Part shown: one piece after another, positions 45,935-56,375 of the stretch | How positions within the stretch are numbered: the first letter of the stretch is position 1 | Layout of the letters: the number at the start of each line of letters is the position of its first letter | Assembly (NCBI GenBank): GCA_946187935.1 | Contig: CAMHSJ010000006.1 | Coordinates: 25,450 to 89,449, forward strand | Length of the DNA: 64,000 nucleotides | Reading direction: 5' to 3' | Source: an uncultured Clostridia bacterium | GTDB lineage: Bacteria; Bacillota; Clostridia; Saccharofermentanales; Saccharofermentanaceae | The notes under the pieces: generated by a model | Databases searched by the model: none | What the model saw: only the letters and a program-made list of their open reading frames with translations | Told to the model about the DNA's origin: nothing | Made by a program: the position numbers and the translations under genes

Positions 45935-47848
45935 TTGCTTTTTGCGATTTTTATGGGAGGTTTAACGGGAAGTATGGGCCGCGGGGCACAATTCATAGAA
46001 CCTGATGACAGCTATTACAGGCCGCAGCGTGATCCTAACGAAGGCACGATGACGCTTGTGGTAGTGATCACCTTGTTGTTCGTGATCCTTACGGGCGTTC
46101 TTGCAGTTGTCTATTTCCGCAAGCAGAATGTCCGCGAGACGATATCTACGGACCAGTCAGGCGTGCCCAGTGCATATATATCAGTCGCAACGCCGACGCC
46201 GTCTCCTATTCCTCCCATCACCTCATATCAGAACCCTATCCTTTATCCCGAGAGCGCTACGATAAATACCAATACGGATGAGAGCGTTGTATCAGATGCT
46301 CTGCCTTCCGCCAGGGGCATCGCGCAGCAGGTATCCGTCGCAGGCGCTATCCAGACGGAGTATTCGAGGGAGAATCCCATCTGGTTCGGAGACCCTGTTT
46401 ATTACGGATCCTTATCAGGCATATTTACATACAGAGGCAATAATTTCCGCAACTGCGCTTCATACGGCTACACGCCTATCACCAACGGAAGGCTCACGCA
46501 GAGATGGGAATATAACAATATAGGCAGCCTGCTTGCATCCACAATGAACTTCGAGTGGACGGGAATGCGCTGGACAGGCCAGCCTCTTGCAGTTGAATGG
46601 CCGGATTCCATGCGTACTGTAATGAACATGTACGATTCCGCAAGGCAGCAGATGAACCTCGTCGAGGTGATCTGTGCCGCCCTGGACGGCAAGATCTATT
46701 TCTTCAATCTCCAGACAGGCGAGATGACAAGAGATCCGATAGATGTCGGGTGCTCCATTAAGGGTACGCCCGCACTCGATCCGAGAGGCTATCCTCTCCT
46801 TTATGTCGGTCAGACCGACAACAACGGCGGCAACACTTTCGGCATGTATATCTATTCGCTCATCGACGGTTCCCTGGTCTATTCATACGACGGCTCGGAG
46901 GACGGCGCCTACAGGAGCGCCTGGGGTGCATTCGACTCGTCGCCTATAATCGACGGCGACAGGGATACTCTTATCTGGCCCTGCGAGAACGGCATCATCT
47001 ACACATTCGCGCTTAACACCGCTTACGACGGTGCGGGTTCTATCGCTGTAAGCCCCGTGGTCACAGGTTACAAGTATATCTTTAATGACAACACCTCCTC
47101 CCACATGGGTGTTGAGAGTTCCATCGCCACCTACGGCGGCTACGGTTATTTTGTGGACAACACCATGAACCTGTGCTGTCTTGACTTAAATTCCATGGAG
47201 ATGGTCTGGACGAGAGTATTGGGCGATGACTCGGATGTTACTCCCGTCATCGATGAAGAGGACGGCATACCGTATGTCTATATCGGCACCGAGGTCGACA
47301 ACCAGGGCGGTACGGGCCAGTATTCGGGAGCTGCTTATATCTACAAGATAAACGGACTTACGGGAGATGTCGTATGGCAGAGCTCAGAGCCTTGCTACAC
47401 TTATAACGGCGAGACTTCAGAGTCAGACCAGAGCGGCGGATGCTTCGGCAACCCAATAATCGGCAAGCTCAATATCTCCAATCTCGTTATTTTCTCATTT
47501 AGTATGACAAACGGGCTCATGAGCGGCAATAAAGTTGTTGCATATGACAAGGACTTGGGTACCGTTGTTTGGGAATATAATATGAACATCTATTCATACT
47601 CTTCACCCGTTGATTTCTACGATGAGGGCGGCAATGCATATATCGTTATCTGCGACAGCTTCGGCCAGGTCCATCTGATCAACGGCAAGACAGGCGAGAG
47701 GATCACATACATCCAGACCCAGGTCGGAGCGGGAACGGAAAACGCAAGCTCTTCGGGTCTTTCGATAGAGGCTTCTCCCATAGTCTACGAAGGCATGATG
47801 GTCGTCGGCACGACAACAGGCAGTGTGTTCGGCATTGCGATAGATTAA
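45935..47848 (+). CDS. Membrane-anchored PQQ-like/WD beta-propeller protein
   Basis: One TM, P/T-rich linker, FTYRGNN.R, repeated D..TG...W, SSP and TP blade motifs; start may be ATG 45974. Confidence 0.75.
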   Translation: MLFAIFMGGLTGSMGRGAQFIEPDDSYYRPQRDPNEGTMTLVVVITLLFVILTGVLAVVYFRKQNVRETISTDQSGVPSAYISVATPTPSPIPPITSYQNPILYPESATINTNTDESVVSDALPSARGIAQQVSVAGAIQTEYSRENPIWFGDPVYYGSLSGIFTYRGNNFRNCASYGYTPITNGRLTQRWEYNNIGSLLASTMNFEWTGMRWTGQPLAVEWPDSMRTVMNMYDSARQQMNLVEVICAALDGKIYFFNLQTGEMTRDPIDVGCSIKGTPALDPRGYPLLYVGQTDNNGGNTFGMYIYSLIDGSLVYSYDGSEDGAYRSAWGAFDSSPIIDGDRDTLIWPCENGIIYTFALNTAYDGAGSIAVSPVVTGYKYIFNDNTSSHMGVESSIATYGGYGYFVDNTMNLCCLDLNSMEMVWTRVLGDDSDVTPVIDEEDGIPYVYIGTEVDNQGGTGQYSGAAYIYKINGLTGDVVWQSSEPCYTYNGETSESDQSGGCFGNPIIGKLNISNLVIFSFSMTNGLMSGNKVVAYDKDLGTVVWEYNMNIYSYSSPVDFYDEGGNAYIVICDSFGQVHLINGKTGERITYIQTQVGAGTENASSSGLSIEASPIVYEGMMVVGTTTGSVFGIAID

Positions 47849-47857
47849 GGAGATCAG

Positions 47858-48271
47858 ATGGGATCAAGTGACATGTCAAAGCCTATAGCCATTATGGAAG
47901 TCAGCATCATGACTTTTGCAGGCGAGGGCTATACTGTCAAGTACGATCTCACCAAGAACGTAGTCTCCTGGCGCGACAACTTCATGTGGAACAACAATTT
48001 CACCCGTGCAATGAACGAAGAGACTGCCAAGCTCATAAGAGATTCCATCCCCGAATTAGGCGTTCTCGACTGGATGAAGGCATATAACGACGGCAAGAAC
48101 ATCGATAAGCACGGCGATAAGAGCGTTTTGCCCGGCGAGTGGAAGATCAGCATAAAATTTGAAGATAAGAGCAAGCTTGCAAGCGGCGCATCACAGCATT
48201 TTCCCAAGAAGTGGAACAGCCTCAGATCTCTCATCGAAAAGACCACGGGCTGCCGTTTTTCTTTAAGATAA
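47858..48271 (+). CDS. Hypothetical protein
   Basis: 137 aa, AAGGAG RBS, 9 bp after previous stop, host-like codon use. Confidence 0.7.
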   Translation: MGSSDMSKPIAIMEVSIMTFAGEGYTVKYDLTKNVVSWRDNFMWNNNFTRAMNEETAKLIRDSIPELGVLDWMKAYNDGKNIDKHGDKSVLPGEWKISIKFEDKSKLASGASQHFPKKWNSLRSLIEKTTGCRFSLR

Positions 48272-48350
48272 GCAACCTCGTAATAAATCCCCTTATGTGA
48301 TAAAATTACTTAGATTATCCCGTTTTATCAGGGTTTAATTTAAGGAGTAT

Positions 48351-48965
48351 TTGGAATTGGATTACCTTGAAGGTCTTCTGCTTGGCAAACTGTGGTCCGA
48401 TACGGACTTTGAGAACAGAAAGCATCTTGGTCTGTTCGTTCTCTACGGACTCCTTACGGAGGCCATAGTCCTCCTGTCCTATGTCACGGGCAAACGCTAT
48501 ATCGGCATTGGCAGTTTCGGAACTTTCCAGCTGGTACTTCTTATATTGCTTATGGCTGCAAGCCCTTTTATCTGTTACCGCTACTATCGAATGCCCTTGT
48601 GGGGCAAAATATTGATACTGTTAGAGAAACTCTTTAATTCTTATCTTGTCTTAAGTTTTACGGTAAGCAAGATCCTTCCGAGGATAACAGTGGATTCAGG
48701 CAATGTGCAGTCGAGCGTTATAGATTATCTGAATTCCACATTAGAGACTTACACCGCTAAATATGCAGGATCGTCAGGTTCGTTCTCGACCGTAATAGGC
48801 GTTCTGGCAGGAGGACTCCATGTAGTTCTCATGGTAATGCTCTGGGCAGTCATCCTGCTGGCGCTGCCGGGTCTCATCTATCTTGCATACAGGCTTATCC
48901 AGTACTGCTGGGACTGGCTTATCAACAATCTTATCATCAAGAGATTTTTTCCGGCGAGAAGATAA
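48351..48965 (+). CDS. Hypothetical membrane protein
   Basis: AAGGAG before TTG; four to five hydrophobic segments. Confidence 0.7.
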   Translation: MELDYLEGLLLGKLWSDTDFENRKHLGLFVLYGLLTEAIVLLSYVTGKRYIGIGSFGTFQLVLLILLMAASPFICYRYYRMPLWGKILILLEKLFNSYLVLSFTVSKILPRITVDSGNVQSSVIDYLNSTLETYTAKYAGSSGSFSTVIGVLAGGLHVVLMVMLWAVILLALPGLIYLAYRLIQYCWDWLINNLIIKRFFPARR

Positions 48966-48997
48966 TCATCGCTACTTTTTCTTAGGAGGAAACACAT

Positions 48998-50008
48998 ATG
49001 GCAGAGCTTAGAGACAAACTGGATATTACGGTTGAAGAGCTCGAGGAACAGCTTGGCGCTGTCAAGCTGCCTGCGTTTATAAGAGAATCGGAGAAGCTAT
49101 TTATCAGCAGGATAGACACTATCTGTAATGACATCTGCTCTGATCCTGACAAGCATGCGATATTTGTTTCAGGTCCCACGTCTTCCGGCAAGACCACTTT
49201 TACCAACAGGCTCTCGAAGGCTTTAACGGAGCATGGCCGCAAGGGATACCAGTTATCCTTGGACGATTACTACAATATCACCGAACCGACTTTTGACAGG
49301 GACGGCAGGCCTGACTTTGAGACCATTGACACATTAGATGTTGCAAGGGCCGCAGATGACATCAAGCGCATCCTGGCAGGAGAGGAAGTAGTTCCTCCTT
49401 TCTTTGATTTCCACACAAGGACACAGTCAGAAGGAGATCCTGCTAATGCGATCAAGATGGAAGATGGCGGGATCCTTGTCGTAGAGGGTCTTCACGGCCT
49501 GAACAAGAGGATATCAGGAGACATTAAAGACGAGAGCTGCGCTAAGGTCTTCATCATGCCTTACGGCAATGTCTACTGCGATACCAAGCTCATGGACAGC
49601 AACGAGATCAGACTCTTAAGAAGGATAGTGAGGGACAGGCGTCACAGGGAGGCTCATGCACTTGCGACCATAGACTACTGGCCTATGATCGAGAAGAGCG
49701 AGGAGGAATACTACACCGAGTATCTGACAAGAGCAGACTACCACATCAATTCCTTCCTGGCATATGAGAGCCTCATCATAGCGCCTCTCGCACTTAAGGA
49801 CTTAAAGGAGGCTATGGAAGCCGCTATAAACGGCACCATAAAGCCTAATGTCTTTATGGAGAAATCCATAACAGGCAAACCCTTCGCGAATCTGTCACAG
49901 GCTATGGCAAGAGCTTCCAAGCTCATAGGCCACTTAGAGAAGATCCCCGTGGTCAATCCCGAGCAGGTTCCCGAAGAATCCATCTTAAATGAATTCATAG
50001 GAGGCTAG
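48998..50008 (+). CDS. Uridine/nucleoside kinase family protein
   Basis: [47 protein letters not shown]. Confidence 0.85.
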   Translation: MAELRDKLDITVEELEEQLGAVKLPAFIRESEKLFISRIDTICNDICSDPDKHAIFVSGPTSSGKTTFTNRLSKALTEHGRKGYQLSLDDYYNITEPTFDRDGRPDFETIDTLDVARAADDIKRILAGEEVVPPFFDFHTRTQSEGDPANAIKMEDGGILVVEGLHGLNKRISGDIKDESCAKVFIMPYGNVYCDTKLMDSNEIRLLRRIVRDRRHREAHALATIDYWPMIEKSEEEYYTEYLTRADYHINSFLAYESLIIAPLALKDLKEAMEAAINGTIKPNVFMEKSITGKPFANLSQAMARASKLIGHLEKIPVVNPEQVPEESILNEFIGG

Positions 50009-50010
50009 TT

Positions 50011-50982
50011 ATGCCTATCAGAATAGCAGACAATCTTCCTGCCAGGCATGTATTAGAGCAGGAGAGGATCTTCGTTATGGAAGAGAACAGGGCTCTGACC
50101 CAGGATATAAGACCCATAAGGATCGTTATCCTCAACCTGATGCCCGATAAGATAACAACAGAGACACAGCTCTTAAGAGCACTCTCGAATTCCCCGATCC
50201 AGGTGGACATAGAGCTTCTTTGCATGGCATCCCACATTTCCAAGAACACCAGCAGGGAGCACCTCATTAAGTACTACAGGACCTTCGATGAGATAGAGAA
50301 GGAATACTTCGACGGCATGATAATAACAGGAGCCCCCATAGAGAAGCTCCCCTTTGAGGAAGTCGACTACTGGCCCGAGCTTACCAGGATAATGGAGTGG
50401 TCCAAGACGCATGTCTATTCAACGCTTCATCTTTGCTGGGGCGCTTTTGCGGGACTGTACTACCACTATGGCGTTCCCAAGTATGTACTGCCCGAGAAGG
50501 TATTCGGAGTCTTCGAGCACTCCATGACATATGTGCGCCCCGTTAAGCTCTTCAGGGGCTTTGACGACTTTTTCTATGTGCCTCACTCAAGATACACTGA
50601 GATCAGAAGAGAGGACATCGAGCCCATAAAGCAGCTCAGGATCTTATCCGAGTCTGATGAGTGCGGCATCTACGCCGTATCCGATCTTCACGGAAGACAG
50701 ATCTTTATAACGGGTCACTCGGAATACGATGCGGATACATTAGACCGCGAGTACAAGCGTGACCACGCCGCAGGCTTGGACACGGCTCTGCCGCTTAATT
50801 ACTACAAGGACGATGACCCGGCCAAGGGCCCGATCCTCAAGTGGAGGTCCTCTGCGACCCTGATGTACACCAACTGGCTCAACTACTACGTCTATCAGGA
50901 GACACCTTTTGATATCAGCTCCATAGAGAAGATAAGGAACGAGGATCTTGTGCCTAACAAGGACGAGGAGAAAAATGGCTGA
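50011..50982 (+). CDS. metA: Homoserine O-acyltransferase (MetA family, probably acetyltransferase)
   Basis: LNLMP.K..TETQ, ITGAPIE, LCWGA, PHSR, TGHSEY. Confidence 0.96.
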   Translation: MPIRIADNLPARHVLEQERIFVMEENRALTQDIRPIRIVILNLMPDKITTETQLLRALSNSPIQVDIELLCMASHISKNTSREHLIKYYRTFDEIEKEYFDGMIITGAPIEKLPFEEVDYWPELTRIMEWSKTHVYSTLHLCWGAFAGLYYHYGVPKYVLPEKVFGVFEHSMTYVRPVKLFRGFDDFFYVPHSRYTEIRREDIEPIKQLRILSESDECGIYAVSDLHGRQIFITGHSEYDADTLDREYKRDHAAGLDTALPLNYYKDDDPAKGPILKWRSSATLMYTNWLNYYVYQETPFDISSIEKIRNEDLVPNKDEEKNG

Positions 50983-51838
50983 TCATATAGAGATAACCAC
51001 TGAGCTTACCGCCTCCATGGCCCCCTCGAGATTTGAAGAGGGCCATAAGGGCACGTTCGGCACTGCTCTTATCTGCGCAGGCTCTGATTACATGTCCGGT
51101 GCGCTCGATATCTCTGCGGGCGCGGCTTTAAGATCAGGCTGCGGCATGGTGATCGCTTATTCGACTGATAAGGCCCTTGACGCCGTCAGGGTAAATCATC
51201 CCTGCGCCATACTCAGCAGAAGGGAAGATAAGATCTCCCCGGCATTAAGACAGGCCGGATCTCTTCTTAAGAGGTCCACGGCAGTGCTCATAGGTCCGGG
51301 GCTTGAGACTGACGATCCGGTATCCAAGGCTCTTCTGGGTTTCTTTATCGAAAAGGCTGACAGCCTTGTGATCGATGCCTCAGCCCTCGCGATGCTCGCA
51401 AAGGAAAAGGAAGTATTCTATCCGATGCTTCAAGAAAGAAGCACCCCCGCGGTCCTGACCCCTCACATAGGCGAATTTAAAAGGCTTGCGGCAAGCGGAG
51501 AAGACTTGGAAGATCTGAGTGTACAGTTTGCACTACAGAATAAGTGCATCACGGTATTAAAAAACCATAAAACAATAATTGCCGATACTGAGGGCAAAAC
51601 GTATATTAATAACAGTGTAAACAGCGGCCTTGCAAAGGGTGGGAGCGGAGATTTCTTAGCAGGTCTCATGACAGGTCTTCTCTCCCAGGGCATATCGCCC
51701 TTAAAGGCTGCCTGTTGTGCGGTCAAGATCCACTCTTTGGCGGGAATGACCGCAGCAGAAGAATGTGGCAAGAGAGCGATGCTGCCGACAGATCTTGAGA
51801 TGTATCTGCCGGAGGCATTTGATGAGGCAGGCTGGTAA
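50975..51838 (+). CDS. nnrD: ADP-dependent NAD(P)H-hydrate dehydratase (YjeF C-terminal domain only)
   Basis: [44 protein letters not shown]; start ATG 50975. Confidence 0.88.
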   Translation: MADHIEITTELTASMAPSRFEEGHKGTFGTALICAGSDYMSGALDISAGAALRSGCGMVIAYSTDKALDAVRVNHPCAILSRREDKISPALRQAGSLLKRSTAVLIGPGLETDDPVSKALLGFFIEKADSLVIDASALAMLAKEKEVFYPMLQERSTPAVLTPHIGEFKRLAASGEDLEDLSVQFALQNKCITVLKNHKTIIADTEGKTYINNSVNSGLAKGGSGDFLAGLMTGLLSQGISPLKAACCAVKIHSLAGMTAAEECGKRAMLPTDLEMYLPEAFDEAGW

Positions 51839-53004
51839 TGGACTTGGCTATCAAGAGTAACATGTACGACAGATCCTGTGTTGAGATAGATCTCAGCGCT
51901 CTTGAGCATAATTTCAGGGAGATCAGGCGGGTCACAAAAGAAGGCGCGGACATAATGGCAGTCGTCAAGGCTGACGCATATGGCCACGGCGCCCTTGAGA
52001 TAGCTGAAGTGCTTCTTAAGTCAGGAGCTTCAGGACTCTGTCTTGCCACTATAGACGAAGCAGTGGAACTCAGGCAAAGAGGCATCACTGCTCCCATGAT
52101 GACATTAGGATATACGGATATAAGCCGCGTAGAAGACGCTGTCAGATTTGACGTCGACCAGGCGGTCTATTCATATGAGACGGCCAGGGCCATTTCAGAT
52201 GAAGCGGTCAGGCAGGGCAAGAGCGCGAGGGTGCATGTCAAGCTCGACACGGGAATGGGAAGGATAGGTTTTCCCGCAGACGGATCTTCAACAGACGAGA
52301 TCCTTAAGGCGGTAAGCCTGCCCGGCATAATCCCCTATGGCGTTTTCTCGCATTTCGCAGTGGCTGACACTGATGACGATGAGTATACCCGCAGGCAGTT
52401 TGACATGTTCATGAAGCAGGTAAATGAGCTCGAAGACAAGGGCATAAAGTTTACCAAAAAGCACATCTGCAACAGCGCAGGGATAATGAGATTCCCCGAG
52501 ATGCACCTTGATATGGTCAGGGCGGGCATAATCCTTTATGGCCTCATGCCGCCCGGATGCCCCGAGCCGAAAGAGAAGATAGACCTCATACCCGTAATGA
52601 CATGGTATGCCAAGGTCATCCACGTCAAGAACGTGCCCGAGAACACTTCCGTAAGCTACGGCAGGCACTTTGTATCCAACAGGCCGAGCGAGATAACGAC
52701 AGTTGGCATAGGTTATGCAGACGGCCTCTCAAGAAGGCTCTCTGACGGTTTTGAGCTCATAATAGGAGGAGAGAGATGTCCTATTGCAGGCAATGTCTGC
52801 ATGGACATGTGCATGGTCGATACGACTGACCTTAAGGTCAGGCCCAAGGTCGGCGACGAGGTGATCGTCTTCGGCAAGGAAAGATCTGCAGATGAATTAG
52901 CAGACAGGATAGGCACCATTAATTACGAGATAACTTGCGATGTCGGCAAGAGGGTCAAGAGGCTCTATATTAAAGACGGCGAAATACAAAATTACGGAAG
53001 GTAG
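51838..53004 (+). CDS. alr: Alanine racemase
   Basis: MAVVKADAYGHG, HVKLDTGMGRIG, FSHFA, NSAG, VRAGIILYG, GYADG, CMD, TINYEI. Confidence 0.97.
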   Translation: MDLAIKSNMYDRSCVEIDLSALEHNFREIRRVTKEGADIMAVVKADAYGHGALEIAEVLLKSGASGLCLATIDEAVELRQRGITAPMMTLGYTDISRVEDAVRFDVDQAVYSYETARAISDEAVRQGKSARVHVKLDTGMGRIGFPADGSSTDEILKAVSLPGIIPYGVFSHFAVADTDDDEYTRRQFDMFMKQVNELEDKGIKFTKKHICNSAGIMRFPEMHLDMVRAGIILYGLMPPGCPEPKEKIDLIPVMTWYAKVIHVKNVPENTSVSYGRHFVSNRPSEITTVGIGYADGLSRRLSDGFELIIGGERCPIAGNVCMDMCMVDTTDLKVRPKVGDEVIVFGKERSADELADRIGTINYEITCDVGKRVKRLYIKDGEIQNYGR

Positions 53005-53008
53005 GCTT

Positions 53009-53860
53009 ATGACACAGGAAAGAAAAAAGCAGCTGCAGCTATTTGCTGCCAAAGTCCGCAGATGGGTAATAGAGGGCGTTTACAGCGCCAAGAGCGGACA
53101 TCCGGGCGGATCTTTGTCATGCACGGATATATTGACGTACATCTATAACGAGAGATTGGGCGTTACTCCCGAGACGGCAGATGAGGCTTCAAGAAACAGG
53201 TTCGTGCTCTCTAAGGGACACTGCGCTCCTGCGCTCTATGCGACTTTGGGCCTTCTCGGATTCTTTGATATAGAAGAGATGAAGAGATTAAGGAACATCG
53301 ATTCTTTCCTTCAGGGCCATCCCTGCAAGCAGTACACACCCGGCATTGACATGTCCACAGGTTCTCTTGGCCAGGGCATCTCAACTGCATCGGGCATGGC
53401 GATAAATGCCAAGTATCTCGACAAGACAAACTACAAGGTCTATACGATCTTAGGCGACGGCGAGATGCAGGAAGGCGAGGTATGGGAAGCTCTCATGAGC
53501 TCGGCTCACTATAAGCTCGACAACTTCTGCGTTATCTTAGACAACAACGGTCTTCAGATCGACGGCAAGGTCGACGATGTCATGAGCCTCGGCGACATAG
53601 AAGCGAAGGCCAGGGCCTTTGGTTTTGAGACAAGAGTCATTGACGGTCACGACTTCGATTCCATAGAAAAGGCAATGAACGATTTTGATGCCAACATGGG
53701 ATCAGGCAAGCCTTTCTTCATCGTATCAAAGAGTCACAAGGGCCAGGGCGTGTCATTCATGACAGACAATCCCGGCTGGCACGGCAAGGCTCCGAGCGAT
53801 GAGGAGTATAAAACGGCAGTTTCCGAATTAGATGCTGCGATCAAGGCTTTGGAGGGTTAA
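53009..53860 (+). CDS. Transketolase, N-terminal (ThDP-binding) subunit
   Basis: SGHPGGSLS, FVLSKGH, LQGHP, GSLGQG, GDGEMQEG..WE; start ATG 53009. Confidence 0.94.
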   Translation: MTQERKKQLQLFAAKVRRWVIEGVYSAKSGHPGGSLSCTDILTYIYNERLGVTPETADEASRNRFVLSKGHCAPALYATLGLLGFFDIEEMKRLRNIDSFLQGHPCKQYTPGIDMSTGSLGQGISTASGMAINAKYLDKTNYKVYTILGDGEMQEGEVWEALMSSAHYKLDNFCVILDNNGLQIDGKVDDVMSLGDIEAKARAFGFETRVIDGHDFDSIEKAMNDFDANMGSGKPFFIVSKSHKGQGVSFMTDNPGWHGKAPSDEEYKTAVSELDAAIKALEG

Positions 53861-53864
53861 TGAT

Positions 53865-54812
53865 ATGAGCGATATGGCAACAAGAGATGCATACGGCAAG
53901 GCCCTCGTTGAGTTCGGAGGCGATGAGAAGATCGTTGTAATGGACGCCGATCTTTCAGGCTCGACCAAGACGGGTGATTTTAAGAAGGTCTATCCTGACA
54001 GATTCTTTAACATGGGAATAGCAGAAGGCAACATGATGGCTACCGCTGCAGGTATCGCCACCTGCGGCAAGACGGTCTTCTGTTCCACCTTCGCGACTTT
54101 CGCATCAGAAAGACCGTTAGAGCAGATCAGGAACTCCATCTGCTACCCTAACTTAAATGTAAAAGTCTGCGCTACTCATGCGGGACTTACGGTCGGTGAG
54201 GACGGAGCTTCGCACCAGTGCTTGGAGGACATGGCTGTGATGAGAGCTATCCCCAACATAAGAGTCATCTGTCCTTCAGACGGCGCTTCCACGAGAATGG
54301 CGATAAAGGCTGCGATAGAAGAGGACGGCCCGTTCTACATAAGGCTCGGCAGAGCCAAGGTGCCTTCAGTTTACGGCGAGTTCGGTGAAGACATCCCGTT
54401 TACCGTCGGCAAGGCAAACACTCTTAAGGACGGCCTTGATCTTACCATCATCGCATGCGGCATCATGGTAAAGACCGCTCTTGAGGCTTATGCCATCTTA
54501 AAAGAAGAGGGCATAAATGCCAGGGTCATAGACATGCATACTATAAAGCCCATCGATAAGGATGCGGTAGTAAAGGCATCTAAAGATACGGGGCTCATCG
54601 TCACGGCAGAAGAGCATACCATTAACGGCGGGCTCGGCAGCGCAGTCTGCGAAGTCGTCTGTGAGGCTGCTCCCTGTCCCGTCAAGAGATTCGGCATCAA
54701 GGACAAGTTCGGCAAGTCAGGAACGCCCAAGGCTCTGCTTGAAGCTTACCACCTCACATCAGAAGATCTCGCCAATGAATGCAGGAAGGCATTAAGAGAA
54801 TCAAAGGGCTGA
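53865..54812 (+). CDS. Transketolase, C-terminal subunit
   Basis: DADL.GST, GIAE.NM, GEDGASHQ, YIRLGR, DMHTIKPID, EEH..GGLG; start ATG 53865. Confidence 0.94.
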   Translation: MSDMATRDAYGKALVEFGGDEKIVVMDADLSGSTKTGDFKKVYPDRFFNMGIAEGNMMATAAGIATCGKTVFCSTFATFASERPLEQIRNSICYPNLNVKVCATHAGLTVGEDGASHQCLEDMAVMRAIPNIRVICPSDGASTRMAIKAAIEEDGPFYIRLGRAKVPSVYGEFGEDIPFTVGKANTLKDGLDLTIIACGIMVKTALEAYAILKEEGINARVIDMHTIKPIDKDAVVKASKDTGLIVTAEEHTINGGLGSAVCEVVCEAAPCPVKRFGIKDKFGKSGTPKALLEAYHLTSEDLANECRKALRESKG

Positions 54813-54815
54813 TAT

Positions 54816-55976
54816 ATGGCTACCATATTGGATTACATGGACTGGCGCGGCGATCTCACCTTAAAATGCCAGGAGTTCAATGCTATAGACGGACTCATTC
54901 TGTCGAACCTTTCTTATGTTGATCTTGAAGGTGTCGTCCCGGGGATTGGCGGGGGCGATATCTCGTTAGAGGATGCTTCGACCCTGTTTTTCGAAAAGCA
55001 TACTCCAGAGGAACTCAGTCAAGACAAGTCTTTTATAAGATTTGCCCCCACGCTCTTGCAGAAGATGGCAAAGACCGAGCGTTTTAAGAACGCCAGGCTC
55101 AGGAACTATGTAAGCAAGATAGACCTTGCTATCGAACTGCAGTTCGCGGCACTGGAGATAGTAACTGATGACGGCGTCTCCTTCATATCTTTCAGGGGGA
55201 CCGACGATACGATAGTAGGCTGGAAGGAAGATTTCAACTTAAGCTTCAGGACAGTACCGTCAGAAGATGAGGCGACAGAGTATCTTGAGGATGTCTGCTC
55301 TTCAACGTTTAATTCCATAAGGCTCGGAGGCCACTCCAAGGGAGGTCACCTTGCGATCTATGCGGCAAGCGGCGTGTCATCGGGCATTGCATCGAGGATA
55401 GTAAAGATCTACGACTGCGACGGCCCTGGATTTAATATCGAGTCATTTGAGTCTGAACAGTTCAAGTCCATAGCAGGCAAGATCGAGAAATACGTGCCTG
55501 AGAGCTCCATTATAGGCAGGCTGTTATACAGCAGCGAGAAGCCTGTGGTAGTCAAGAGCTCCGAGTTCGGCATCATGCAGCACGACCCTATGTCATGGCA
55601 GATCATGGGCAAAGAATTCGTCACATGCGAGAAGAACGACAAGATGAGCGATCTTTTCGACGAGACGATGACAGGCTGGATCGAGAGCATGACCAATGTG
55701 GAAAGAAGGCTCTTTGTCGATGATATCTTCGCGGTATTCGAGGCTTCAGGCTGCGGATACTTAAGCCAGATGGGCAAGATCGGCATCAAAGGCAAAAAGC
55801 AGATGATAGAGCGCATGAACTTAATGAGCGCCGAGTCTCAGGAGAAGATGCGCACTTTAGGCAGGATATTCTTTGCCAACTGGGGCGATATGATACAGGC
55901 CAAGACAAAGAGCGGTATAGAAGGCAGGAAGATCAAGCTTCGTATCGGCAAGTCAAGAAGCGATGAGGCAGATTGA
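54816..55976 (+). CDS. DUF2974-like alpha/beta hydrolase
   Basis: QFAA, ISFRGTDDT.VGWKEDF, GGHSKGG nucleophile elbow, DGPGF, QHD..SWQ. Confidence 0.85.
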   Translation: MATILDYMDWRGDLTLKCQEFNAIDGLILSNLSYVDLEGVVPGIGGGDISLEDASTLFFEKHTPEELSQDKSFIRFAPTLLQKMAKTERFKNARLRNYVSKIDLAIELQFAALEIVTDDGVSFISFRGTDDTIVGWKEDFNLSFRTVPSEDEATEYLEDVCSSTFNSIRLGGHSKGGHLAIYAASGVSSGIASRIVKIYDCDGPGFNIESFESEQFKSIAGKIEKYVPESSIIGRLLYSSEKPVVVKSSEFGIMQHDPMSWQIMGKEFVTCEKNDKMSDLFDETMTGWIESMTNVERRLFVDDIFAVFEASGCGYLSQMGKIGIKGKKQMIERMNLMSAESQEKMRTLGRIFFANWGDMIQAKTKSGIEGRKIKLRIGKSRSDEAD

Positions 55977-55991
55977 GTTCTGAAAACAGAG

Positions 55992-56101
55992 AGATCCTGT
56001 TTTGGTGACGAGATCCTTATTTCAGCAACAAAAACAGCACTCCGGGCATTTCTTTACATGATTTGTTGCGAAACGCTTCGGATCTGGCAACAAAACAGGA
56101 A
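55992..56101 (+). repeat. Dispersed intergenic repeat, copy B, imperfect palindrome
   Basis: Arms TCCTGTTTTGGTGACGAGATC and GATCTGGCAACAAAACAGGA; colinear with 45774-45863 reverse. Confidence 0.65.
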
Positions 56102-56256
56102 TAACAGGGTCGTGATCCGTGAAGGACCTCAAAAAGTCGTGGCCACCTTGGGAGAGGCGGCCACAAATATGGGGATAATAGGAATAGAAAAATGTCTTTA
56201 TCAATGGCATCATTGTAGAGGACTTTTACGAATTAATCAACTAAATTCTTTTGTTA

Positions 56257-56268
56257 TTTTTTTTTTTT
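56257..56268 (+). repeat. T12 homopolymer upstream of glycan-locus promoter
   Basis: Counted directly; TATAAT at 56310 and 56339 downstream. Confidence 0.8.
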
Positions 56269-56375
56269 CATTTTCGTAACTGGCCTTTTTGCCCCCTGAA
56301 CGCCCATATTATAATTAGGAAAAGGCCAAGACCTGCGGTATAATCAGTGTGCCTATACATACAACGGAGGGATCA

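Noticed and set aside
56022-56279. Small ORFs (63 and 73 aa) in the intergenic region
   Set aside because: No RBS; they traverse the repeat element and the poly-T tract
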